Shown here in pieces: positions 1 to 10,584 of a stretch of 64,000 nucleotides of DNA. The notes beneath the pieces are model-generated. The model was not told the DNA's origin. It ran no database searches and saw only the letters and a list, made by a program, of their open reading frames with translations. The translations under genes and the position numbers were made by a program. The stretch comes from Takakia lepidozioides (taxonomy: Eukaryota; Plantae; Bryophyta): assembly GCA_030704615.1 (NCBI GenBank), contig CM060734.1:34534001-34598000 (forward strand), written 5' to 3'. How positions within the stretch are numbered: position 1 is the stretch's first letter; each line of letters starts with the position of its first letter.

Positions 1-1032
1 CAGCCCAAATCCGCACGAGTCAAGTGACTTAAACTCATTTCTCGCTCCTTGCTCATTATCCTAGTTTCACTTAGTTTGAGGTGGACATGGTGGCCTTGAA
101 GGGTATGACGGCAGCCTGATAAGGCACCGACCTACTCCTTTTCGGGCCTGTTTCTGTTGAGTACCGGATCACAGTGAGGTGTTCTTTGTATGCTTTAGCA
201 TGGAACTCTTGAAGGATGAGGATGGTAAGCTGCAATGGGATCCTATCTATAGTTTTGGCTTTGTCATGACATCAGGCCTATGACCTGCAATCTGGTTTTT
301 TATATGCAAAAGAAGCTGGATCTCGGCTGTTCAAGCTGCTTGTATGTACAAGTCTTGAACCTGCAATTTGACAGGCTGAGTTCACATTCCCTTGACACCT
401 TGTATGATCACATGTCTCGGGGGTGAATACAAATGATATGGAATTTATTTCATCATGCCCAAGTAGGACTACTTGGTGGCATATTGTGATTCTGACAATT
501 TGCAGGCTGGTCCTTATGCCTTGGCTGATGCATGACCTGCGATAATTAATGGCTGAAAATGTAAGATGCTGCAACCTGTGGGTCATATCCAAGATGTATG
601 TGTGAAAACGTGTCTTGAAATGGTAATAGGGTAGGCTGGACCATGGTAACTTGCCCTTTGCATGACCTCAGCATTTTTATGCTCCTTCAATACATGACCT
701 GCTGGTAAGGTATGTGTGTAGGCTGAACCAAGAGGCCTTGCAACTTGCACAGGGGCAGCAATATCTTATCTTGTCCCACACATGAACACATGATTCATTG
801 GCCAAGATGGCCGGATCTCGGGTGTTCAAGATGCTTGCATCCCCTACATGAACAAACCCCGCCCTCCCACCCTGTTTTATCATGACTGCTTGGGTGATGT
901 CAATTCATGGGAAGCTATGACAAGAATGGAAATGTTAGATGGTGCCCTGTTTTGGGTTGTTTATGTCTTTAATTGACAATGACCCTAGTGGGTCTTGTCC
1001 ATGTCTTGACATGACATGAATATCTTCCCTCT
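1..1032. repeat. Left arm of large palindromic (foldback-like) repeat unit, copy 1 (runs off window start)
   Basis: About 790-1032 is the near-perfect reverse complement of 1833-2077, and about 80-295 matches the reverse complement of about 2360-2570; same family as 8500-10350. Confidence 0.85.
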
Positions 1033-1098
1033 TTTTTTTGCTGCTCACAAAAATAAACAAACCACAAGGGAGAGAGGGTGTAGAATAAGTTAAAAAGA

Positions 1099-1824
1099 TT
1101 ATACTCATAAGACGTTGTTTGCCGTAGCCTTGTGGCCATTGACCCCGCGCCCAGTTTGAGCGGAAACAAAAGGGATAGAACCTGCCTCTGTCAGGGACTA
1201 ACGTTGGTAGTAAGACTTACCTTCATATATAGAATTAATCCGGGTTTTCCAGATATCCTCTAGAAATCCCTTCACACAAGCATCAATCTGTTGTGTGTGA
1301 TTTGCCCAATAACTAGGCCTCAGGAGGGCCTGGGCTTTTGGCTCAACCTTGAGACTTTCAAAGTTGGTAAACAGAGGTACAGACACAATTCCCTTGATAG
1401 ATTTGAAGAGAGTGTCTCTTTGGTGAGAGAACTCCGGATAGTGTATCAGAAATGAGTATTGTCTTCAGATTGCCCACACAACGGGCAATTGCACTCTCCC
1501 TTTCCTCTCTGCTTCTGTTTGCTGTTCAAAGGTAGGCTTCTTGCCCTGAGTTTAAATTTCAGTCTAGTGCCGAGAGTGGGTAGACCCTTGAGGTCATCCA
1601 AGATGTCCTCCCCCATGTCACTGACTGGAAACAAGTTCAGGGAAGTTTTCTGCCTAACTTCATTTTCATCAGACAATCTCATGGCAACAGACATGGCTGA
1701 GGACACTACAGCCTCTAAGTCAGATTTATCAACCCATATTGCAGATCTGAACTCCAAGGTAGGTCTAATAATGCGACAAAGCATGGTTTTCTTAACCTCA
1801 GAGTTGACATCTCTGCAGAAAAAA
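1099..1824 (-). mobile_element. 5'-truncated non-LTR retrotransposon (LINE) 3' fragment with C-terminal CCHC zinc knuckle; same family as 60182-61079
   Basis: 1099-1730 is the reverse complement of about 60447-61079 (CPLCGQSED..HF); 9-bp TSD TTAAAAAGA at 1090-1098 and 1825-1833. Confidence 0.85.
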
Positions 1825-1833
1825 TTAAAAAGA

Positions 1834-3300
1834 GAGAGGGAAGATATTCATGTCATGTCAAGACATGGACAAGACCCACTAGGGTCATTGTCAATTAAAG
1901 ACATAAACAGCCCAAACAGGGCACCATCTAACATTTCCATTCTTGTCATAGCTTCCCATGAATTGACATCACCCAATCAGTCATGATAAAACAGGGTGGG
2001 AGGGCGGGGTTTGTTCATGTAGGGGATACAAGCATCTTGAACACCCGAGATCTGGCCATCTTGGCCAATGAATCATTAAATTGCAGGTCACGAGCCTGGT
2101 GTCATGACAAGGTCAAAATCACTGATTGCAACACCTTACCTTATCAGCATAGGGTCATGCATAAGCAAAGCATAAGGACCAACCTGCAATATTTCAGAAT
2201 CAGGACATGCCTCCAAGCAATCCACTTGGGCATGATAAAACAAATTCCATACCATTTGTAATCACCCCAGACGTCTAATCATACAAGGCGTCAAGGGAAT
2301 GTGAGATCAGCCTGTCATATTGCAAATTCAAGACATGTACACACAAGCATCTTGAAAACTCAGATTGCAGGTCATAGGCCTGATGTCATGACAAGGCCAA
2401 AACTATAGGTAGGATTCCATTACAGCTTACCATCCTCATCCTTCAAGAGGTCCATGCTAAAGCTTGCAAAGAACACCTCACTATGATCCATCACACACCA
2501 GAAACAGGCCCGAAAAGGAGCAGGTCGGTGCCTTATCAGGCTGCCGCCATAACATTCAAAGCCACCATGTTCGTAGAGACCCAAAACCGCCAAAAACATA
2601 CCACATAAAACCAGATCTTCTATGGCCCAATGAACTTACATCCTAGCTCAATAATCCATAGGCCCTGCTGTCAAAGATCAAAAGATGGGGTATGGTTTGT
2701 ATGCAGGCCTCAGGAAACAGGCCAGACAGGTCGAGCTGCCCATTGACGGCAGAACGACAAAGGCCAAAACATAGGCTGTAGCATGCCAAACCAGGAGCAG
2801 TCGGGTTGAAATTGGGGCTGCAGGCAGCGGCCATCTCACAGCGCAATAACTCACAGGTCTCCTTAGCCCATATCCCAACTGCATGCTCAAGAAACTTCAA
2901 AGTAGGTGAGGATCCTCACCTGGTCCCATCACAAGCCCCCACAAAATCAACAGATTAGTGAGGATTGTGGAACCCCAGGTGAATCACAGACCCTCACACT
3001 TATCGATGTCAACTAAGAAACTCAAAAGCAAGAGAAGAAGATAAGAACATGAGGATCCCTAAACTCCAAAGGCACCTTAAGTGATTGGGGAAGAGGGTTA
3101 TGCGCCATCACCACCCGTAGCAAGCCGCCTCCACAAAGCTCATGAGCAATGAAGCAAAGCAGGCAAAAACGCAAGGCACCAGAAAGGAGGGAGAGAAACT
3201 TCCCAGCACTTCCCATCTTAAAAGCCAGAGGAGAGAAGATGCCACTGCATTCACAGCAGTGTTTCCCGCTGCAAGAGAGACAAGGCGCCGCCTTCGCGCC
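1834..3300. repeat. Right arm of palindromic repeat unit, copy 1
   Basis: Inverted relative to 1-1032 and to 8520-10350 (e.g. 2900-3035 vs 8790-8925; 3180-3295 vs 8520-8650). Outer end approximate. Confidence 0.8.
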
Positions 3301-4183
3301 TCCCCATGCACTTATCTAGCATGGGTACGACACCACAGATGGGGCAGCCACCAAAGCACGTCCGCCATAAACACTCTCCCCGCGAGCTCAGAAGCACATC
3401 GCGTGCTTCTGACAGCGGGAGAGACAACATAAGGTTTTTTTTCCCCGATTTTTCATCCGTGGATGAAAAATAGTAGAACACAACCTTCTACCCTGACGGA
3501 TTTCATCCGCAACAGGGTTAAAAAGAGGTTTTAGGGTAGGGGTTAGGGTTTCCCCCGTAATTAATCATAATTATGGGTAGTAAAGATCAATTCCAGGCCA
3601 TAATCACGTCATCCATAAACAGATCACTATGTCAGGATGAAAAAGTAGGAAATATCATCTGTGGCACAGATCATCCACCTAGGTAATTCATCATTCCTCA
3701 CTAGACCATCCGGTATGGATAAAAAGAGTCAATGAAAGAGGAATGAAAAAAATTATTATCCTGGTAGTTTTTCAACCGGTATGGATGAAAAACGTGATGT
3801 TGTTGGCAACCTTCATAGAGGTAATTTTTTCATTCCATTATGACTCATCCGGTATGGATGAGAGTCAATAAAAGAGGAATGAAGAAGCCAAAAAGAACTT
3901 CCTAGAGGTAATTCAGTGTCTGTCCTGGTGGCTCATCCGGTATGGATGAAAAAACCGATAGAGGATGGATGAGCCTCTGTCAAAACTTCATCCGGTATGG
4001 GTGAAAAAACAGGAAATCAACACTGATAGCAAACTGCCGGTTCCCAGTAGAGAGGGAGACAGAGGGAGAGAGGGGGCAACAAAGAAAAAACAAAAAGGTG
4101 GGGGGGGGAGTGACTGAGCAGATGCTGCTCAGTCCCCCCCCCCCCCCCCCCCCAACCTTCCTCTTTTTCTTTTTGTTTCCTGA

Positions 4184-4460
4184 TCTCTCCCTCTCTCCCT
4201 CTCCCTCTATAACTCTTTGGATTTCATCTGGCCTTAACCTTTTGAGGTTATTTAGTTTTTCATCCCTGCCTTTTTCATCCAAATCTGGATGATTTTATTT
4301 TATTATTGGATGATGAAACTTAATATACAGAAAGCTAGAGTTACCATCTATTTTTTTCATCTAAACTGGATGATCTACATAAATAATGGTTACCTATTAT
4401 AAAATCCAAGAGAATAATAAAACTACCATCATAAATGATGGCAGTTATTAAACCTAAGCC
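4184..4460 (+). repeat. 277-bp direct repeat, copy 1 (flanks the Penelope-like element)
   Basis: Identical by eye to 6520-6796. Confidence 0.95.
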
Positions 4461-6231
4461 GTACGTACGTACCATGGACCTAAATATTATTAGACACGCA
4501 AGGCTGAAAGAACTATTCAGCCTAGGTATGAATCACATCCCTCTCAAACGTACCTTGCTGAAAGACGTTGTTGAACAAGTGTCTTTGGCTTTCCATAGAA
4601 CCTGTGAAATTTTACATATAGACCCATGTGAATCTTGGGCCGCATCCTGCAGCCAAAGGGTAAAAAACACATGCTGGGATAGATTGAAACAAAAAGCCGG
4701 CAGAGGAAGGTACGACTTCACTCACCATGAGCGCAATCCTCTTACTGTAAAAGAGGCAAAAGATGAACTTTCATGGCTTCTCAATCACCTGTATTTTTCC
4801 TGTCTTGACAAGGCTAACAACAACGTATGTTTTATGTGTGTGAAGCACATAAGAACTCAAGCCTTCCACAGATTGATGGGTAAAGACTTTACACCATGCA
4901 AACAAGCTAAGGTATGGCTGCCACCTGACCTTGTTCTAGGAAACATTTCCGTGGAAATACAGAGTCTGATTCCGGAGATACCTGCTCCCTCCTGTAGATT
5001 ACCTTACATTATGGGAATCTACAAGCTACATAAGAAAAAATACAGATGGATTACCAATGCCCATAAATGTGTTTTCAGTGAACTTGCTAGCCTTCTTACA
5101 AGGGCTACCATGGATCTTCTACCATTGATAAAAGAATGGGCCAAGACAAGGCTGGATACTTATGAGCAATTTTTCAAAGTATCTACTGCTATGTATTGGA
5201 TTATTGACTCCATCACCGACTTTACACTAAACCTGCCTGAAAAAGTCCATAACATCTTTGTTGCTGACATTACACAATGCTATGAGAACATACCTTTGAC
5301 AGGACAGGATAACTTAGGGGACGCCATTGAATACGTGGTGAAGATTGCATTCCAGCAACACCATCGGTCTCACCCCCGAGCACGTCATACTCTATGGATT
5401 CCAGCCAAAAACGGTACTTTCGGAAAAAGTAGATGGGGCACGTCTTCCCCAAAATCAGGTACTTGGATTGAACTTTCTGAAGTCAAACTACTTATGCTCC
5501 ACAAATGGCTTATGTCACACTGTTTTGTCGCCTTAGGGGACCGTGTGTGGCAGCAGATTTCTGGAATACCTATGGGTTTTTCATGCTCACCATTATGGTG
5601 CAACATGTACTTCCTTTCTTATGAAATCAAATTCATCTTAAGGCTTGCAGCTTTAGGACAATTCCAGCTTATGCCTATGTTTAAATCTGCCTTCAGATAC
5701 ATTGATGATATATGCTGGCTGAATGTGGGTGATGCAATGCTATTCCTGGACCCACGGGCAGACAGAAGCAACAACAACCCTTGGTGGGTCTACCCACTCA
5801 ATGTAGTGGAGATCAAACCTGAGCTACTACGCACTAAAAACGATTCCCAATACGTGGGGTTGGAAGCTTGTTTCATGAATATCCAGATTACAGTCGCAAA
5901 CTGTGATACAGGTGAGTTCCATTTCCAGAAATATGACAAGAGAAGACTACTTCCTTTCTCTTACACTCAATATATCCAGTTCTTATCCAATAGGCCTGTG
6001 AATCAATCTTACAACATTGTGATTTCACAAGCTGTGCCTATTCTATACATTTCCAGCAATGCTGATTTGGCTGGGAAGGAGTGTAGCATTCTGATTAACA
6101 CTCTTGGGAGGAATGGTTTCAAGACCAGAAAACTTGCTCGTATCTTGACAAAATTCCTTGAACGTGGTTCATTCCCTGGCCTGCTCTTCCCTGTACAAGA
6201 GCTTATTGAGAAACTGAAAGGTACTTTCTAA
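4435..6231 (+). CDS. Penelope-like element reverse transcriptase (Naiad/Chlamys-type), 5'-truncated, no GIY-YIG endonuclease in this copy
   Basis: Open 598-aa ORF with PLE/TERT-like motifs YKLHK..YRWI, DITQCYENI, GIPMGFSCSP, FRYIDD; the N-terminal VRTMDLNIIRHARLKELFSLG resembles the Naiad/Chlamys HV.TGDL.II motif; the first 9 codons come from the flanking repeat. Confidence 0.85.
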   Translation: MMAVIKPKPYVRTMDLNIIRHARLKELFSLGMNHIPLKRTLLKDVVEQVSLAFHRTCEILHIDPCESWAASCSQRVKNTCWDRLKQKAGRGRYDFTHHERNPLTVKEAKDELSWLLNHLYFSCLDKANNNVCFMCVKHIRTQAFHRLMGKDFTPCKQAKVWLPPDLVLGNISVEIQSLIPEIPAPSCRLPYIMGIYKLHKKKYRWITNAHKCVFSELASLLTRATMDLLPLIKEWAKTRLDTYEQFFKVSTAMYWIIDSITDFTLNLPEKVHNIFVADITQCYENIPLTGQDNLGDAIEYVVKIAFQQHHRSHPRARHTLWIPAKNGTFGKSRWGTSSPKSGTWIELSEVKLLMLHKWLMSHCFVALGDRVWQQISGIPMGFSCSPLWCNMYFLSYEIKFILRLAALGQFQLMPMFKSAFRYIDDICWLNVGDAMLFLDPRADRSNNNPWWVYPLNVVEIKPELLRTKNDSQYVGLEACFMNIQITVANCDTGEFHFQKYDKRRLLPFSYTQYIQFLSNRPVNQSYNIVISQAVPILYISSNADLAGKECSILINTLGRNGFKTRKLARILTKFLERGSFPGLLFPVQELIEKLKGTF

Positions 6232-6519
6232 AAACTTATACAGAGCTAAGTTATACCATTGAACTCTACGTTCTTTTCTAAGTGATACTATACTAGTGTT
6301 GCTATGATACATTTTATGCCATCGTTTCATTCTTGATCCGAGGAAGTGAGGATGTAGGATTCTACTCCTTTGGATAAATATTATCTGAGGATAGAACTAC
6401 ATGGAAGAGGGAAAACCTTATGAGAAGAGGTCTGGTATGCACTCCCTTACGGGGTGAGTGCATACCACACTCACTCCGTAAGGTTCTGCCATGCCAGGGG
6501 ATTGGCTGGTGGGTCCCTC
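4461..6519 (+). mobile_element. Penelope-like retroelement insertion (RT plus 3' UTR)
   Basis: Unique sequence between the two 277-bp direct repeats. Confidence 0.8.
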
Positions 6520-6796
6520 TCTCTCCCTCTCTCCCTCTCCCTCTATAACTCTTTGGATTTCATCTGGCCTTAACCTTTTGAGGTTATTTAGTTTTTCATC
6601 CCTGCCTTTTTCATCCAAATCTGGATGATTTTATTTTATTATTGGATGATGAAACTTAATATACAGAAAGCTAGAGTTACCATCTATTTTTTTCATCTAA
6701 ACTGGATGATCTACATAAATAATGGTTACCTATTATAAAATCCAAGAGAATAATAAAACTACCATCATAAATGATGGCAGTTATTAAACCTAAGCC
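6520..6796 (+). repeat. 277-bp direct repeat, copy 2
   Basis: Identical by eye to 4184-4460. Confidence 0.95.
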
Positions 6797-6949
6797 TATA
6801 CCATAACCCTAAGAGATACATTTCTATGGGATGTCATCCAGTGACAAAATGCCTCTCTTGGTAAAATGTGATATTTCATCCATCCTGGATGAAAAATCGG
6901 GAAGTTTTGCCCTAAGCAGGCCGACACACTTCACAGCACTGAACTCGTG

Positions 6950-7805
6950 CTTCAGTGAACCTTGATGATGCGCCGTATAAACCTGCTCCCCTGCTGCTAC
7001 ATGGTACTCGTGATTGCTGGCTCTTGGGATGCGCATTGGTGGTTAAACAGATTCTTCTATGGCAGACGACAAAGCCGTGATTGCTCTGATCAGGAACTCA
7101 TGGTTCTTTATTTTGCAGCGGCGCTTTTACTCCTTGTTGGGAAGTACTCTATCCCTATTTATCTACAGATTACATGTTGCTCTCTCTTTGTGTATAAGCC
7201 ATTCTCTATCTGTGAACGCTTCTACTCTGATTGCGTTCTGTTGGAGACGATCTGTTGGACGCCATGGCGCAGGGCATACCACAAACACTCAAGGTTTTTT
7301 GAGTTTACCATTGCTTGAATTGTGATCTATACTTGCTTTAGAATTCAACACTGATATGGATAGCAACTGTGAAGACCTGCCATTTACCTGCTGCATCCTC
7401 ACTAACACACATCGCTATGTGGTGGTTTTTGGGATGGGCACAGGTGAGGGTCTTCACTTGTCTTGATTTCTTGAAGCTTGCAATTCCTGTTCTTGCAAGT
7501 GTGGATACTGCTGCTGCCTAAGCTGCTGATGCCATCTGCTGTTTCAAACTGCCACCATGCCGCTTCAGACCTGCTCCAAGATGGCTCCAATGAGGATCTG
7601 CTTCTCTCCTTACCCCTGTTTATGGTTTTTTACAACCACATTTGCATGTGTAGGAGTTTAGCTATGAAGGATACAAGGATACAAAATAGCAGTTATTACT
7701 TTGACTGCCTTGATACTTGGCTCTGAAATGAGAACTCTTGGTATGACTCTGATGGATCAAAATGATAGGCTTTGATAGATAACACACATTCTTCAAGGCC
7801 CTCAT
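6950..7805. repeat. Diverged outer part of a palindromic-unit arm, separated from 10436-10584 by the inversion
   Basis: 7100-7160 resembles 8590-8640 (ttt.gcagcggcgct...gtt.ggaagta); re-inversion restores CAGGGT-ATGAGGGC, similar to arm sequence CAGGGTGGGAGGGC. Confidence 0.5.
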
Positions 7806-7806
7806 A

Positions 7807-8328
7807 TCAATCGAGACCCATCCTTATTTCCTGCGTGAATCATTGGTGAATTTTTGCCAGAAGCATGGGATAGCTGTCACTGCCCACACCCCATTGGGTG
7901 GTGGGGTTGCTAACACTAATGGTTTGTCGCCATTTCGTGTCTTGATGACCCTGTTCTTCAGGTCTGCATCTTCCCTAAGTGCTCCCTTATGAATTATAGA
8001 CTTAGTTGTGATTCCATTCACTAGTCTATGTAAGGAGTGATCTCTCGCTTCCCTCTCTCGCTTCCCTCTCTCTCTTACACACACTACAAACAAACTATAG
8101 GCATTGGCAAGAAAGTACAACAAGACATCGGCACAAATTGCGCTGCGCTGGGGCATTGAGCGCAAGACAATTGTCATTCCTAAGTCAGACAAGATGGAGA
8201 GATTGAAGCAGAACCTTGATGTCTTTGACTTTGAGTTGACAGATGATGATATCAAGACCATCAAGTCCCTTGACAAAAGACAGCGCACCAACAACCTTGA
8301 GAAATATTGGGGTATCAATTTCTACTGA
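7807..8328 (+). pseudogene. Aldo-keto reductase (S6PDH/M6PR, AKR2-type) 3' half: exon 5b about 7810-7961, exon 6 8101-8328
   Basis: IETHPYFLRESLVNFCQKHGIAVTAHTPLGG..WF..SCLDDPVLQ / ALARKYNKTSAQIALRWGIER..VIPKS..NLDVFDFEL..WGINFY*; GT-AG intron 7962-8100; one frameshift. Confidence 0.9.
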
Positions 8329-8499
8329 GGATAAGTTTGATCTGAGCACTTCATTCTTATTTGATATGTAGGCTGTCTATTACAATCTGGCATATCAAAT
8401 ATTTGGCTTGCAATTTAGTCATGGTCCTGTTTCTGAAATTGGAGGTACTTGCTTGAATACCTGAGTTTTGTTGACAAGCTTGTATGGGAAATTCGGTCG

Positions 8500-10350
8500 G
8501 ATTCCAGCTCCTGGGGATGCGCAATGGCGGCGTTTTGTCTCTTCTCACAGGCGGGAGACAATGTTGTGAATGCATCGTCTCTTTCCCTCCTCTGGCTTTT
8601 ATGTTTCGCAGCGGCGCTCGTGTTAGGAAGTATCTCTCTCTCCCTTCTTAAACCTAGCAAAGATGCTTGTATGCTTCACTTCTCCTTAGCTGTGTTGGAG
8701 GTGGCTTGCTGGTGGCGATGGCGCACAGTTATCTTCCATAATCGCTCAAGGTGCTTTTGGTGATTAGGGTTTCTTTTACTGTATGTCTTTCTCTCTTGCT
8801 TTTGAGGTTCTTAGTTGACATCGATGACAAGTGTAGGGGTCTGTGATTCACCTGGGGTTCCACAATCCTCACTAACCTGTTGGTTTCTGTGGGGGCTTGT
8901 GATGGGACCAGGTAAGGATCCCTACTTGCTTTGAATTCTCTTGAGCTTGCTGATAAGGTGTGGGCAAAGGGAACCTATTCTGTATGGCGTCATGACTTGG
9001 CTGCTACCTGTAGCCCCGATTTCGGCCTGCTCGCTCCTGGTTTGGCATGCTGATGCTTACTTTTGACTTATGTTTTGCTACCTTTGATGGAGCACTTCGG
9101 CCTGACAGGCTTGTCTCTTGAAGCCCAGCATCTGGACCTTACCTTATCTTGAATCTTTGACAGCATTGCTTTGTGGAGCATTGCCTTAAGCTAGGTATTA
9201 TGCTAGGTAATGTTTGGGCCTCAAAGGTTCTAAGGAAGAGGAGGCCCCTGTTTTTAAAGATGGCAGCCTGATAAGGCAATGACAGACCTCTTTCAGGCTT
9301 GGATTTGGTGTGGAATGGAGCATAGTGAGGTTTTATTTGCAAAAACTGGCATAAACCTCTTGGAAAACAGTGTTGGTAAGCTCTACTGGACCTTTGCCAG
9401 AGATTATTTGCCTTATTTTGCCATCAGACCAGGCACCTGCAATGTATGATTTATTTTTTGGCCAAGTGGGCTTGGTCTCGGGCACTCAAAGTGTTTGTGT
9501 GTCCATATCTTGAACTGTAACATGGCAGGCCTTTCTTCCATGCCAAAATGCCTTACATGATGCATGTCTTGGGGCAAATTAGAAATAGAATAGAATGAAG
9601 TTGCAATCTGTCTTGTCATGCCCAAGTGGGTCACTTGGTTGCATGTTTGGAATCTAATAAACTATAGGCTGGTCCATCAAGATGCTTGTGTATACATGTC
9701 TTGAATCTATAGTATGGCAGGCTGTTCTTACCTACCCAAGAGGCCTTGCATGATACATGTCTTGGGGTACTTACAAATGGCAAAGAGTGAAGTTGCAATA
9801 TGTTTTGTCATGCCCAAGAAGTTTACTTGGTTGCATGCTTGAAATCTGATTAATTGCAGGCTAGTCCTTCAAGGTACTTGTATGAACATATCCTGAGTCT
9901 GTAGTAGGACAGGTTGTTCTTACCTACCCAAGGAGCCTTGCATGATGCATGTCTTGGGGTACTTACAAATGGCAAAGAGTGAAGCTGCAATATATTTTGT
10001 CATGCCCAAAAAGATTACTTGGTTGAATGTTTGAAATTTGGTAAATTGCAGGCTAGTCCTTCAAGGTGCTTGTATGAACATACCTTGAATCTGTAGCAGG
10101 GCAGACTGTTCTTACCTACCCAAGGAGCCTTGCATGGTGCATGTCTTGGGTTACTTACAGGAATTTGAACATGAATAAACCCCACCCTCCCACCCTGTTT
10201 TATCATGATTGAATGGGTGTTGTCACTTGGTCTGTTATGACAAGACTGGAAGTGTTAGATGGTGCCCTGTCATGGGCTGTTTATGTCTTTAATTGACAAT
10301 GACCCTAATGGGTCTTGTCCATGTCTTGACATGACATGAATATCTTCCCA
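8500..10350. repeat. Long arm of palindromic repeat unit, copy 2, with an internal tandem repeat of about 192 bp (about 3 copies, 9530-10160)
   Basis: Reverse complement of 1834-3300; the unit TGTTCTTACCTACCCAAG recurs at about 9724, 9916 and 10107. Confidence 0.8.
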
Positions 10351-10435
10351 CTCTCTCCCTCTCTCTTATTAACTTTTTCTACCCCCTCTTTCCCTCTGTG
10401 GTTTTTATTTTTGTGAGCAGCACAAAAGAGAGGAG

Positions 10436-10584
10436 AGAGAGAAGATATACATGTCATGTCAAGACATGGACAAGACCGCTAAGGTCATTGTCATTGAAAG
10501 ACAAAACAGCCCTTTACAGGGCACCATCTAACATTCTCTTTCATGTTTACAATCTCATTTGAATACCCAATTACATTTCAGGGT
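10436..10584. repeat. Inner part of the opposite arm of palindromic unit copy 2
   Basis: Inverted copy of 10250-10350, across a spacer (10355-10435) whose reverse complement matches 1033-1093. Confidence 0.8.

Larger units (their letters stand above)
3433..6912. mobile_element. Non-autonomous DNA transposon, PIF/Harbinger-like, rich in CATCC/GGATG palindromes; hosts the Penelope-like insertion
   Basis: TAA on both sides (3430-3432, 6913-6915); 26-bp imperfect TIRs starting GG with an identical inner 15 bp (CCCGATTTTTCATCC); repeated CATCCGGTATGGATG motif at 3700-4005. Confidence 0.65.

Noticed and set aside
3528-3551. Telomere-like TTAGGG repeats (also 6786-6812) implying telomere-targeted PLE insertion
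   Set aside because: Few and degenerate; they appear to be subterminal motifs of the host DNA element, and the PLE 3' junction is elsewhere.
6384-6416. Hammerhead ribozyme (CTGAGGA...GAAA)
   Set aside because: Stem II is not closed directly by GAAA and no stems I/III could be built.
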